IMG/VR virus record: IMGVR_UViG_3300017989_000002
Reading direction: 5' to 3' (one strand)
Length of the DNA stretch: 64,000 nt
Origin: a virus
This document shows, one piece after another, positions 11,031 through 22,596 of this stretch (position 1 is the stretch's first letter; every line of letters starts with the position of its first letter). The notes beneath the pieces are model-generated. The model had not been told where the DNA came from. It searched no databases and worked only from the letters and a program-made list of their open reading frames with translations. Position numbers and translations under genes: made by a program.

Positions 11031-11472
11031 CCTGATCTGCCTGCTCCTGACCGGGTGCATCATCGACGGGGACGGCTTCCTGCGGTTCACGACCGACGGC
11101 CCGCCGCCGGGCTGCGACATCTACACCCCCGACGACTGGGTGGCGGTGGCGCGGGACCCGGACGGGAACGACGTCTGGATGTCCCTCGAGGTCCAGCAGT
11201 GGCGGTGGGAGACCGATGCGTGCGCCTGGGTCGGGGAAGCCCGCCTCGGGCTCACCCACGAGGGCGTCACCGCAGAGGCCGCCGGCACCATCTACTCGGG
11301 GCCGACGTCCGACATGGGCGAGTTCCACGGAGTGGCCAGCTATCTCGAGGTCGAGAACTGCCCGAGCTGCTACCGCGGCGACGTCTACACCGACTTCGGC
11401 ACGGCCTTCGACTTCGGGCCGCGCACCGGCGGCTGGGTCGCCGTCGGTGACCGCCTGGTTCTCGAGTGGTGA
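11023..11472 (+). CDS. Predicted lipoprotein
   Basis: MRSLICLLLTGC lipobox; GGAGG RBS. Confidence 0.65.
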   Translation: MRSLICLLLTGCIIDGDGFLRFTTDGPPPGCDIYTPDDWVAVARDPDGNDVWMSLEVQQWRWETDACAWVGEARLGLTHEGVTAEAAGTIYSGPTSDMGEFHGVASYLEVENCPSCYRGDVYTDFGTAFDFGPRTGGWVAVGDRLVLEW

Positions 11473-11478
11473 ACGCAA

Positions 11479-11508
11479 GACGCCCGCCCCGTCGCTGGGG
11501 CGGGCGTC
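11479..11508. terminator. Hairpin between convergent genes
   Basis: GACGCCCGCCCC-6 nt-GGGGCGGGCGTC perfect 12-bp stem. Confidence 0.75.
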
Positions 11509-11532
11509 CAGGGCGTCAGCCCTTCTTCGCCG

Positions 11533-12549
11533 TCAGTCCTGGGGAGGGGGCGAGCAGGGCGTCCACGGCATCGGGTGCGGGACGTTCTCGAAGTCGAAGT
11601 CGTGCGGCACCGTGCAGCCGTTGCCCGTCGGACCGTCGGGCGCCGTCCCGCGCTCGTTCTCGAACCACAGGCTGGTCGGATCCGGCCACGGCCAGCCCTG
11701 CCCGGTGCGGTGCTCGTAGGCGTTCCGGCCCTCGCCGTGGATGGCGGGCGGGGAGCCGGAGTCGCTGCCGCCCTCGGGCGGGCCCCAGCCCCAGAACTCC
11801 CCGTCGGGGCCGCTGTCGACCACCTGCCAGGTGTACTCGGGCGGGATGGGCGCCTGCGGGTCGGTGCCCGGAGAGCCCTCGGGCCGTGGCTCGAGGGGCC
11901 AGCAGGGGTCCTCGAGGTTGCCGTTGAGCCACTCCAGGACGGTGAGGGGGTTCCCGTCCGCGCCCTCGTCGCCGGGCTCGGGGTTGGAGCAGCCCTGCTC
12001 GGAGTTCATCTCCCACACAGCCGCGCAGGCCGCGAACTTCGCGTCCTCGGGGCTGTCGCCGTCCGCGATGCGCGCCTCGTAGATGTCCACGATGAAGTTC
12101 ACGTAGACGGCGTACTCGTCGGGGTTCTCGTCCTCGTCGTCGCTTCCGTCGCGGAGGTCGATGACCTGGCCGTGAGCCACGGCAGCGGCGACAGCGGCGG
12201 CGAGGGCGTCCTCCCGGCTGTCCCCCGCCTGGATGCCAGCGTTGAAGGCGTCGACGGAGATGGACGTCACCTCGCACACGTCGTCGTAGCTGAAGCCCTC
12301 GTCGCCGTGGTCCGGCTGCGGGGACCACGACCAGAAGCCGACGCCGTCTCCGTACGCCACGGTGCCCTTCCAGCACATGCCCTGCGCCGCGTCGTCGAGG
12401 GAGAATCCGTGCTGCACGGCGTTCGGTCCGTCGAGGATGACCTGCAGGTTGAGGTTGGGGTGCCCGTCTGGACCGTCGAAGACGGCTGTGACGATGGCGG
12501 GGTAGGCGACGTCGGGGGCGACGTGGAAGAGGACGGTGGTTCCGAGCAT
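11533..12549 (-). CDS. Acidic Pro/Gly/Trp-rich hypothetical protein
   Basis: GGAG RBS and ATG at 12549; N-terminal PAIVTAV...NLQVILDG phage domain. Confidence 0.65.
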   Translation of the reverse strand: MLGTTVLFHVAPDVAYPAIVTAVFDGPDGHPNLNLQVILDGPNAVQHGFSLDDAAQGMCWKGTVAYGDGVGFWSWSPQPDHGDEGFSYDDVCEVTSISVDAFNAGIQAGDSREDALAAAVAAAVAHGQVIDLRDGSDDEDENPDEYAVYVNFIVDIYEARIADGDSPEDAKFAACAAVWEMNSEQGCSNPEPGDEGADGNPLTVLEWLNGNLEDPCWPLEPRPEGSPGTDPQAPIPPEYTWQVVDSGPDGEFWGWGPPEGGSDSGSPPAIHGEGRNAYEHRTGQGWPWPDPTSLWFENERGTAPDGPTGNGCTVPHDFDFENVPHPMPWTPCSPPPQD

Positions 12550-12560
12550 GATGTCTCCGG

Positions 12561-13013
12561 TCAGGGTGCGGGTACGACGATGACGCCACGCTCCAAGAGC
12601 GTGCGTGCAACCTCTACCATGAGGTCCCTGTTCTGGGCAGGTACATCCTCCCAAGGGACGCGACTGTCCTCCCGGGTCTCGTACCCGTGCTTCGGCGCGA
12701 GCTCCTCGTAGACCTCGTGAAACTGCTGCGCGACCTCGTGCGACCGCTCCAAGTCCTCGTCGGGCACGATGATCGAGAGGTCGGCAAGGTCCTTCACACC
12801 GAAGAAGTCGGCGAGGGCACTCACCCGCTCCTTCGGCGTGAACGGCAAGATCCGAAGGACCTTGCCCATCACCGCGGAGCGGGGGTGGTGGCTGCTGCGG
12901 AGCCAGGTGGAGAGCGTGTTGTTTGGCACCTTGAGCTTCCGAGACAGCCCGATGGCGGTGCCGGTCGTCCTCTGGATGACAGCGCGGAGCGCCTTGGAGA
13001 AGCCGTTCTTCAT
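12561..13013 (-). CDS. XRE/Cro-like HTH protein
   Basis: IGLSRKLKVPNNTLSTWLRS...P HTH pattern. Confidence 0.6.
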   Translation of the reverse strand: MKNGFSKALRAVIQRTTGTAIGLSRKLKVPNNTLSTWLRSSHHPRSAVMGKVLRILPFTPKERVSALADFFGVKDLADLSIIVPDEDLERSHEVAQQFHEVYEELAPKHGYETREDSRVPWEDVPAQNRDLMVEVARTLLERGVIVVPAP

Positions 13014-16000
13014 CGGAACACCTCGTCTTCCTCGTCGCGTTCGGAGTCGAAGTGCCGCTTGTCCCTGACCGCATCACGCAACCATCGGGCGAGCTTCTCG
13101 GACTTGTCGGGGTGGAGCACAGCGTCGACGGTGACCTTGATGCCCGCGTCGACGACGGAGACGAAGAGGTCCCCCTCTTCGCGAGGCCATCCAGCGTCGA
13201 TGGACGTGGCCCACTGCGCGAAGGAGACCAGGGTGTCCCACGACACGGTCCCGTCCGCGGTGCTGTACTTGACGAACCGCTGGTCGAGCTTCAAGAACCT
13301 CTGGTGCTCGGGCGGCACTTCGCAGTCGTCGGCGGTCCCAACGAGCAGGACGGTTCTTGTCGTCCGGTCGTTGCCTCGTCCGACGTAGCTCTGTCCGGGC
13401 ACGATGTCCTTGTGCTTCACGCTCATTCCCCAGGGCGAAAGAAGGCCGAACACGGCTGCGGCGGGGACCGTGAGGCCCCCCGCCGCAGGCGGTTCATCAG
13501 TTGAGCGGCGTCTCCCAGTGGAACGCCTGGAAGATGAGCCGGGCCAGTCCGGGAAGGAACGGCTTGGCCACATGCTTCTGCTTGAGGTCGATCTCGGTCA
13601 GCTGCACGCCCCCGGGCCCGACGCCCTTGGGGTTGATGCGGCCGACGACGATGGGCTTCGCATCGGGATCGAGGCCCTTCACCGTCTCGATGGACTGCGG
13701 CCAGCCCTTGGGCGGCACCAGCAGCTGCGGGATGGCCTCCCACACGTTCGACGTGTCGGTGGGGAGCGGGTGCGCCCGGTACCCGACGTCCGCCTTGGCG
13801 ATGCCGATGACGGGCCGCGACTCGTCCGTCGGGCACAGCGAGAGCTTCTCCACGCGGAGGAAGTTGCTCGTCTCCTCGACGAGCTTCCCGACGAAGGCGC
13901 TGTCGATGCGCTGGTCGTCCGGGTCCGTGGTGTAGAAGACGTAGAGGGCGTTGACCTGCAGGTCCTTGAGGCCGCTCATGCTCGTCCCGCCCGGTAGTCC
14001 CGCGCGGGGTCCCGGCCGACGTTGCGGAGCTCCCGCTGCGCCTCCGCGAGCTGCTGGTTGGCACTGTCGATGTACGACTGGCCGGTCTCGTTCGGGACGG
14101 AGCGAAGCTGTCCGTCGACGCGCTTGAGCATCATCATGCCGCTGGTGCGCCGCACCTGGTCCAGCGTCGACTGGCGCGCGGCGAACGCGTAGCTGACATC
14201 GGCGGCGGCGTCGCGCCGGCGCTGACCTCCCAGACCGCTGGTCCCGCGGCGGGCCTTCTTCATCGAACTCATCATGCCTCCAGGTCTCGGGAGCAGTATC
14301 CCAAGATGTTGGAACGTGCCTCTTCCAAGGAGTCTAGCGCCTCTTGGAGTTCGGTACGCAACTTGTTGGTGGTGTCCTTCCACCCTTCCAAGAACTCGGA
14401 AGGGCTCGTGCCGGGATTCTGGACGGGGGACCGGACTTCTCGTGCGTAGGCGTGAAGGATCTCCTCCACTCGGCGCTCTTCGACACGCACCTTCTCGAAG
14501 AGCTGCAGGCGTTCCATGTTCTTGTTCATGTGACCCTCGAGTCGTTCGGGTGGGAGACACCTTGCCGGCGCAGCACTTCCCGGTTCCACAGGGTCGCCTC
14601 GGTCCACTCCTCTCCGCTCTCGTCGCGGAACCTCCACTGTCCGCGGAGGGAAGGGGACGAGGCTCCGGCGAGCAGAGGCACTGAGGGCGGGGGCGGCGCG
14701 GAGTAGTCCCAGGACACGCAGCACTCGGGAGGCGCTTCGAGGTTGATCGTTGCGACTCCGGGCAGAGCGCCTGCGCTGGTCAAGATCTTGAGGTTGTTCA
14801 GCGTCATGTGCCCAGGTCCTCCTGCACGTCCGACGCCTCCTCGGCGCGCGCGAGCGAGACCATCTCGTCGAAGACGCGGTCGCCGTAGAGGTGTCGCACG
14901 GAACGGAGGAGCGGCACCAGGCCGTGCACCTCCGTGGCGACGTTCGGGGTGGTGCCGACGCACCGACCGTCGAGGGGGAGCTGGTACTGCACGTCCTTGC
15001 CGATCTGCACGACGACTGGGCCGTCGCACCGGTACAGGCTGACGAGCAGGGACCCGTCGTCGACGCGGCGCAGGTTGATGAGGCCGCCGGCGTCTTCGTC
15101 GCCTCCCTTGCCTCGGTGGATGAACTCGACGGTCCGCTCGACGTGGGAGTGGTGGACGTCGGCGGGGCACTTCAATCGAACTGTGGGTCTGGGCACGTAG
15201 GCCTCCAGGTAGGTGTGATGGGTGTGGGGCTAGGCCCCGAGGAGGAAGCGGGCATCGACGAGAGCTCGCTCCGGGCGGGCGTCGAACGCGTCGCGCCACT
15301 TCTGGAAGCCGTCGGCCGTGACGGTGACCTTCTTGTTCGCGTGCACGAAGAAGATCACGGTTCCCGGCCCGTACTTCGCCACGAGCTTCAGGAGCTCGGC
15401 CACGTACCGCTTCGGCCGCCACAGCTTCGGGTCGTGGTGCACGACGGCCTCCCGCTCCGAGTCCGCGCCGTAGACGAAGGCGAGCTTGGTCTGCGCGCCG
15501 ACGTTGCCGCTCCAGTAGACCTCGTGCACGGACGGCGCGTTCTCGGCCAGGAAGGCCGAGGGAGAGCGGGCTGAGCACAGGTGGTGGCGCAGGTCACAGA
15601 CCAGGAAGGTGGCGTGCGGCACGTTCTTGAGCGGCCCGTAGAAGGTGCGAATCAGGACCGGCTCCTCCCTCGCCTCGGAGAACTCTCCGATGAGGACCTC
15701 GGGCTGCGGCTCGGTGCGCGCGAGCTCGACGAGGTGCTCCTCGATCTCGCGGTCTCGACGGAGGTGACGCGCGCGGGCGTAGCGGTAGTCGCCCAGGCCG
15801 CGATGCCACTCCTTCCAGCCGTTGGGCGGGTCCTCGTAGACGAGGAACTCCGTGCCGTAGACGGTGAACTGGATGGCGATCTCCACCAGCTCCAGGTCCT
15901 TCACGGGGTAGCGCTTCACGCCGTCGCCGTTGAACTCGACGTCCGCGAGGAGGCTCTCGATGTGGGTCACGATCCCGTACCGGCCGTCGGCCTGGACGCG

Positions 16001-18105
16001 GTCGTGCTTGCGGATCTCGCTGCTCATGGTCACCTCACAGGGGGTAGCGGTCGCGGTTGCGCTGCACCGCGTTCACGTAGTGGAGGACGGCCTGGTCGGG
16101 CGCCGATGCCAGGGAGTCCACCTTGATGTTGTGGATGGCGTAGATGGCGTCGTCGTCGATGTTGTGGGCGCAGGTGCCCTTGCCGGGGTGGCCCGGCGGC
16201 TCCTCGATCTCGATCGCGGCCGTGAGCCACTCCTCGTCCGCCCACGGCATCCAGGGGCAGTGCAGGTGGAGGTGCTCGACGGTGACCTTGCCCTCGTAGG
16301 TGGTGGGCCGCGGGTCCTCCCCGTAGGAGGCCATCACGAAGGACACCGGGTAGTCGGTGACCGTGGTCGCGAGGCGCTGCTGCGTCACGGGTCCGAACGT
16401 CTTGGACAGCAGGGAGCCGCAGGCCTCGGCCCACCACGGGTCGGTCTCGTAGTTCGACTCGTCCGGGTCGGTGAGCATGCGCCAGGACCACCACAGGTCG
16501 AAGTACAGACCGTCGGTCACGTACTGCTCGTTCTGGATGCTGAAGGCGAGGACGGTGAACGAGCTGTACTTGGTGCGGGTGAAGCCCTTGTCGTGCGCCC
16601 ACTGGAGCACGGAGTAGACGCCGCGCCACTCCATCCCGCCGTACAGGGCCAGGAAGGGGAAGGTGAGGCTCCAGGACAGGCCGCCGTCGTCGTCGAAGCC
16701 CAGGCTGATGCCCGCCTGGCACCACTGCTTCTTCGCGCACCAGGAGAAGCGGAACGTGCGGTCCCCGCTCGTGTGCAGGAAGAACCGGTAGTACCAGGGG
16801 AAGTGGAACTCGTCCTTGGGCTTGTTGCGCGCGCTCTCGTTGATGCCGTGCCAGTGGATGCCCTTGGCCTCGAGCCAGTGACGGAAGGAGCGCCAGGGGC
16901 GCGGGAAGGTGATCTGCATGAGGACCTCAGTGGTAGATGTCGCCGACGGCCTGGTCGACGCGGAGGAGGTTGGAGAGGTTGCCCATCGAGGGGACAGGCT
17001 CGTCGACGAGCTCGCCCTTCACCTGGACCTCGGACATGTCGGACTCGCTGCTCCGAACGGACAGGTAGGTGGCGTCGCCGTCGCCCGTGAGGAGGACGCC
17101 CATGAGGGCATCGACCGGGTCGCCGGCGGCGTCGCCGAACGTGATGCCCTCGTCCGTGGGGATGACGGGACGGAGCTCCATGGTCACCTCGAGCACGAGG
17201 AACGCCACGGTGGCCTTGTGGGCCTTCGCCAGCGCCTTGACCGCGCTGGGCCGCATGCCGGGCGTCCGGCACGGGGGCATGACGAGCGTGTAGAGGTTGT
17301 CGGGGCGCTGTGGGCTCCACAGGTACAGGATCTCCTGCGGCATGGGGCCGTTCTCGACGCATCCTGCGATGGCGGCGTCGAACAGCTCGCGGGCGGCCGC
17401 GAGGCGGCCTTCGGTGGACTGCATGTCCATGATCACTCCAGGTAGGTGGCGAGCTCTGACCAGAGCAGCCGCTTGATGTCGTGCCACTCGAGGCGGAGGG
17501 TTCGGTCGAGCTCGGGCTCGTACCAGACGTCCCCCTCCTCGTCGGCATCGGGGTGCTCGGGGTCGTGCTCCCAGGTCCCCTCCGGCGCTGCCTCCGAGAG
17601 GATCAGGGCGTCGAGGTCGATGTAGAGCGTGCGCGGCACGTTGATGAGGCCGTCGTTGATCTGGGCCACGGCCTCGGAGAACCCGGGCCACGTCTCCCAG
17701 CCCACGTCAGGCTCCGGGGGGTTGTCGGCGTAGAAGGGGCCGTGCCACAGGTCCCACCACGCCAGGCGGAGCAGGGTCTTGGTCCCGTCGTCGATGTGGT
17801 CGTCGACGTAGTCCCGCAGCGCCTTGGTCTTCGCCTTGGCTCGGTCATCCTGAGCGTTCATGGTCGGGCTCCGTGCGGAAGGTGACGGCGGTCGGGTCCA
17901 GGCGCGTCTTGCGCGTGCCCGTGGGGGAGGCGGGATCTGCAACCTCGAGGACGAAGGAGTTGCCCAGGATGATGCGGTCCAAGGCAGCCTGGTACTCGAC
18001 GTCCATCTCCTGCACGAGGCGGCGGGTCATGTCCCCGGCCTCGCGGTTGTCGGCGGCGTCGAAGCGGTCGGCCAGCTTCAGCATCTCGGTGCGAGGGTCG
18101 CTCAT
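13010..18105 (-). other. Run of about 11 co-oriented small hypothetical phage ORFs
   Basis: Abutting or overlapping GC3-rich ORFs (for example 13497-13979, 14804-15196, 15230-16033, 16035-16919). Confidence 0.6.
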
Positions 18106-18722
18106 CGCCCCTCCGGCCAGTGCTCGCGTCGAGCACGGTTCGCCAGGGCCCGAGCCTTGCGCTTGAGGTCGTCGACGGTCCCGTCGTTGAGGATCTTCAC
18201 GTCCTCCTCGATGCGAGCGAGCTCGGACTCGGACTGGTGCTCGACCCGGCCCAGAAGGCCGAACGTCGCAGCATGGAGGCATCGCTCCCACCAGGTCGTC
18301 GGCGAAGGACCGTACCCGGGGCGCTCGACGCGCACGATCACGAACCCGGCCTCCCGCAGGAGCTCGGCCTCGTTGAGGAACCGCACGTCGGTCACCACGA
18401 AGTCCAGGACGCCGGCGGACTCCCACTGCGGGATGGTGTGGTCGATGGCGCGCTTGACCCAGATGTCCTGGTCCACGCAGTTGCGCCCCCACTCGGTGCC
18501 GAGGGTCTGCAGGATGTGCCGCGTCGTGACGCCGTAGCGCTCGACGACCTGCTCCTTGACCTCGGCAGGCCCCCACAGAACCTCTCGGCTGATGCCGAGG
18601 CCCGTGCAGGCCATCTCCTTGATCGGGTCGGCGAAGGCCACCCGCTGCGCACCGAGGGCGATGACCGCCTCCCCGATGGTGTCCTTGCCGTGTCCAGCAC
18701 GGCCTACGATGGCGAGCTTCAT
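18102..18722 (-). CDS. Deoxynucleoside monophosphate kinase
   Basis: GRAGHGKDT, AFADPIK, RHILQTLGTEWGR, VTDVRFLNE, HQSE. Confidence 0.9.
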   Translation of the reverse strand: MKLAIVGRAGHGKDTIGEAVIALGAQRVAFADPIKEMACTGLGISREVLWGPAEVKEQVVERYGVTTRHILQTLGTEWGRNCVDQDIWVKRAIDHTIPQWESAGVLDFVVTDVRFLNEAELLREAGFVIVRVERPGYGPSPTTWWERCLHAATFGLLGRVEHQSESELARIEEDVKILNDGTVDDLKRKARALANRARREHWPEGR

Positions 18723-19156
18723 GGTCCCTCCAGGGTCTGCTTGGGCATGACGCCGAGCGCCTTGCGGAGCATCGGCAGGAAGTTCTCGGCCCACGGCACC
18801 CTCCAGGCGACGTCGTTGAGCTCGTCGTCCCGGACGACGAAGGAGCGACGAAGCTCGGGGGTGGCGAGCGGACGAGGGGGCGGTGCGGGGATGTAGGCCC
18901 GGGTGAACACGACCTCCCAGCCCTCGCCCGAGATGGTGCCGAGCTCGGACCAGGACTCCATGACGCCAAGGCCGGGAAGCTCCTCGCGCTGCTCGCGCTG
19001 AAGCGCCATCGTGATGGTCTCTCCCTCTTCGACCTTGCCGCCGAAGCCGTTGACGCCCTGGGCTCCCATCGGGCCGTGGGTCTTGAGGTGCACGAGCGCG
19101 TACTTGTGCCCGTCCTCGTGCGCGAAGACGGGGATGATGACGACGTACTGCATCAC
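18719..19156 (-). CDS. NUDIX hydrolase
   Basis: NGFGGKVEEGET...LQREQREE Nudix box. Confidence 0.85.
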   Translation of the reverse strand: MMQYVVIIPVFAHEDGHKYALVHLKTHGPMGAQGVNGFGGKVEEGETITMALQREQREELPGLGVMESWSELGTISGEGWEVVFTRAYIPAPPPRPLATPELRRSFVVRDDELNDVAWRVPWAENFLPMLRKALGVMPKQTLEGP

Positions 19157-19764
19157 GCCCTCTCCTTGCGGACGGCATCGGCGCCGTCGTCGCGGAGGCA
19201 GGCCACGAGCTGGCAGGCCCAGTCCTTGGCGCTGTCCTCGTCGGTGACCTTGGTGAAGTGGGGCATCTCGTTGATGTGCGCCGTCGCCGCCTCGAGCTCG
19301 TCCACCAGCGCCGCCAGGATGGCGAGCTTGGCGACCTGCCCGTTGGCCAGCTTGCTCATGACCTGGTGCAGCCAGGACAGCGTGTCCGACTCGGTGGCTC
19401 CGGCCACGTCGCTGTCGAGGTCGATGTCATCGAAGAAGCCGTCGGGCATCAGCGCCCGGAACTTGGACTCCTCGACGATGGAGGAGAGGACGCGGCCGCG
19501 CGCCTCGCACTCCGAGTCGGTGGCGATGTCGTCCTTGCTGTCGCCGACGTAGCTGTCCATCAGGCGCTCGGTCCAGTCCTCGGCGGCGGCGGCGTCGCGG
19601 ACGGTGCTGAACAGGCCGACGTCGGGAGTGGAGCAGGCGTGACCGTCGAGCACCGCGATGACGCGGACGAGGGTCTCGGGAGTCTCCGACGGGAGGTCGG
19701 AGAGAGGAACGAGGGACATGGTCGTCTCCTGGTGAGGGGGGTTGAAGGCCTCGGCTGTCTTCCC

Positions 19765-19819
19765 CTTATGCGCGCATGCGGTGAAATCGCGAAGGGCGTG
19801 CTCGCATAAGGACTTGGAG
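19765..19819. promoter_or_regulatory. Divergent pair of CGCATAAG promoter-like motifs
   Basis: Minus-strand copy at 19765-19772; plus-strand TGAAAT-N15-CGCATAAGGACTTGGAG at 19782-19819, between divergent gene blocks. Confidence 0.7.
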
Positions 19820-19859
19820 GCCACGGCTTCCAGGAGAACACTCACCCTCGGAGAGAACC

Positions 19860-20210
19860 TTGAAAGACCTGCGCTACGACTTCCTCCAGCTGGAGGCGGC
19901 GAGTATCGCCGTGCTCGGCTGCATCGACCTCGACTGCATCATCACCGCGGACCACACGGCAGCGACCGCCGAGGAGGCCATCATCGACGGACTCCTCGTC
20001 ATCGAGGCGGACGATGTGGTGTCCCTCGACACGGACCTGGAGCGCGCGCTCCGGATGCTGGACCCGGAGCAGCGCGCCGTCGTCGAAGCCGCCTACGGCA
20101 TCGACGGGTGCGACCCGATCTCGATGCGGGACGCGGCCGCCCTGTGGGGGCGTCGCTCGACGACGCTGCTCACGGAAGGGCTGGAGGACCTGCGGAACTC
20201 GCTGACCTGA
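19860..20210 (+). CDS. Stand-alone sigma70 region-4-like HTH protein
   Basis: LERALRMLDPEQRAVVEAAYGIDG...SMRDAAALWG; TTG start. Confidence 0.6.
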   Translation: MKDLRYDFLQLEAASIAVLGCIDLDCIITADHTAATAEEAIIDGLLVIEADDVVSLDTDLERALRMLDPEQRAVVEAAYGIDGCDPISMRDAAALWGRRSTTLLTEGLEDLRNSLT

Positions 20211-20270
20211 CGAATCTGCCCGGCGGCCCCGTCGCGACGTCCCTCGACGTCGTGGCGGGGTGCGCCCGGC

Positions 20271-20552
20271 CTACGTCTGCGCGCCTTCTTCGCTGTACCC
20301 ACGCCAGCCGCGGCAGTTTCGGCACACGCAGGGGCCTCCGCTGGCCGCCAGGCAGGGAACGTCCTCGTCGACGCCCGAAGTCCGCACCATCTCATGGCGG
20401 GCCCGCAGGTCCCCCTCGAGGATGGACTTGGACCGCTCCAGGTGGACTTCGTCCCGACGGTTCATGTACAGCCGCATGCGGAGGGCGCGGGCCGCCTCCT
20501 GGCTGATCTCGCCGTAGTCGAGAAGCTCCGAGATGTCCTGCTCGGTGATCAC
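20271..20552 (-). CDS. Hypothetical Cys-tail protein, paralog of 56095-56469
   Basis: ITE.DI..LL...E.AR.LR N-terminus; CVCRNC. Confidence 0.6.
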   Translation of the reverse strand: MITEQDISELLDYGEISQEAARALRMRLYMNRRDEVHLERSKSILEGDLRARHEMVRTSGVDEDVPCLAASGGPCVCRNCRGWRGYSEEGAQT

Positions 20553-21391
20553 GCCTCACCTCGCTCCACCAGTTCTTGCCGAGAGAGTACACCGGGAACT
20601 ATCGCGAGTGCAACTTCTTGGAAAGGGCTACAGTGCGGAGAAGCCACCGTGGGGGCGGAACTCTGCGGCCTACAGGTTCTTGTGGGTGGAGGCGAACGGG
20701 AGGTCCGGTGGGACAGAAGCGGAGCAAGAGGCACAAGGGACGCAGCCGCCAGCCAGCGAAGGGCGTGCCGCGCCCGGACGAGCGCCGCGCCAAGAGGCCC
20801 GCCGTCGAGGCGTGGTACTCGGCGGCCCGCCTGCTCCTGTCGAGGATGAGCAAGGGATGGCGCCTGGTGGTCTTCGAGCGGAGGCTCTACGTCATGCGAG
20901 AGGATCTCTGGCAGGCGTGCAGGGTCGACCCCGAGTGCTTCCGTGCCAAGGAGGAGGGCCTCTGCTTCGACCTCGGACCGGTGTGGGTGTTCCCGCGCCG
21001 CTGAGGAGCGTCAGACGCCGTGGCGGGCCAGGGCGCAGACGGCGGCCAGGCACCCGAAGAAGGCGGTGGAGCCCGAGCCGAAGGCGATGACGGCCAGCCA
21101 GTGCTCGAGGTCGTAGGATCGACGGAGGGCCAGGACGTCCTGGCCCTCCGTCAGAAGGCGGGCCACGGACTCCGCCCCGACGTCGACGAGCCCTTCCCGC
21201 AGGTCTCCCTCTCCATCGAAAGCCCACAGGACGCGTGCGGTGTAGATCGAGTGGATGAGCGCGTGCACCGTCACGAAGCCCGACGCACTCAAGAACAGGA
21301 TGACGGACATCCAGAAGAGAGCTGCGATGACGAGAGCTTCGTAGACGGGCATGAGGGACCTCCGTGGATCACGGACGTACCCTTGCACGAC

Positions 21392-21886
21392 CTACTGCGC
21401 TGCGCTCAGCCACGAACCGACGCGCTCCTTGAACAGGGGCAGATCTCGACGTAGGGCGGCGAACTTGACGAACAGCTGGACGATGACCGTCTGGACCTCG
21501 TCGATGAGGTGCATCCGGTCCAGAACAGCCTCCTCGGCTCCCTCGGACAGGATGGAGGGCAGCTTGAGGGCCCGGACGTGGAGGTTCTCGTCCAGCGTGA
21601 ACGTGAACTCGCGCTCGTCGCGGCGCAGCCCGAGGCGGATCTGCTGCACCCGCTTGCCTGCGTAGAGGGCAGCGAAGGCCGCGGTGTCCTGCGCGCTGTT
21701 CTCGGCGGTGACGAGGACGGTCGCGGTCGAGCCCCCGGAGGGTCGGAACGCGATGCGATCCTCGACCCAGAGGTCGATCACGCCCAGGCCGGAGACGTTC
21801 ATGTGCGACTCGGTGTCGGCGATGCACCAGAGCCAGAGGAGGAACTCGGACCCGAGGTGGGTCGGGAAGGGGGTGGGCTCGCTCAC
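21392..21886 (-). CDS. RdgC-like protein, second member of a split pair
   Basis: LGSEFLLWLW motif; GTG start overlapping the upstream stop. Confidence 0.65.
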   Translation of the reverse strand: MSEPTPFPTHLGSEFLLWLWCIADTESHMNVSGLGVIDLWVEDRIAFRPSGGSTATVLVTAENSAQDTAAFAALYAGKRVQQIRLGLRRDEREFTFTLDENLHVRALKLPSILSEGAEEAVLDRMHLIDEVQTVIVQLFVKFAALRRDLPLFKERVGSWLSAAQ

Positions 21887-22503
21887 TGGGCACCTCCTGC
21901 GACGGCGATGGGACTGGTGGAGAGGAGGTCCTCCCGCGTGAACACGTCCGAGACCCAGTCCAGGGGCGACTCCGGACGGAGCACCAGGCCGAACGTGCGG
22001 TGGAAGAGGCGCCGCACCGTGTCCCCGGCGTTGTCCGACAGGGAGGCGAAGTAGGCGATGTTGTTGTGGTAGTCCCACACCAGCTCGGTGACGGTCGACG
22101 TCGGGATGGTCTGCGCCAACCACTCGTTCTCCAGGGTCTCCTTGAGCTCCTTCTTCACCGAGCGAGGGCACCGCTCGACGCCGCGCTCGTCGCACCACGC
22201 CTTCATGCGCTTCGCGAGCTCGGCCTTGAGCTCGGCGGCCGGGAGCTTGCGGCTCTTCACGCGCATGCCGAGGACGATGTGGTCGACGCCGATCAACCAG
22301 CGGTTCATGTCATCGAAGTCGGTGCCGGCCCGATCGTCGAAGATGCACCAGCCTGCCGTCGCCTCCTTCGACCCCGGACGCGGCTCCTTCGCGCTCATGG
22401 CCTGCAGCCGGTCTCGGTAGGTGTCGCGCCACCCCTCGCCGAACGACGGTGGGGACTCGAGGGTGAAGCGTCGGTAGGTGGCGCTCCCGGACAAGATGGA
22501 CAT
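21883..22503 (-). CDS. rdgC: Recombination-associated RdgC-like protein
   Basis: MSILSGSATYRRF, GW, R.KSRKLPAAELK, LFHRTFGL. Confidence 0.7.
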   Translation of the reverse strand: MSILSGSATYRRFTLESPPSFGEGWRDTYRDRLQAMSAKEPRPGSKEATAGWCIFDDRAGTDFDDMNRWLIGVDHIVLGMRVKSRKLPAAELKAELAKRMKAWCDERGVERCPRSVKKELKETLENEWLAQTIPTSTVTELVWDYHNNIAYFASLSDNAGDTVRRLFHRTFGLVLRPESPLDWVSDVFTREDLLSTSPIAVAGGAQ

Positions 22504-22560
22504 CGGACCTCCAGGTGGACGGCACATAACCTACCAAACCTACCACGCTAGGGCACGGCG

Positions 22561-22579
22561 GATCTGCGTGCGGTAGACT
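22561..22579 (+). promoter_or_regulatory. GATCT-N7-GTAGACT promoter-like motif
   Basis: Same architecture recurs at 43305-43324 (-) and 54764-54782 (-), each about 17-20 nt before an ATG. Confidence 0.55.
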
Positions 22580-22596
22580 GCACCCACGAGGTCCTC

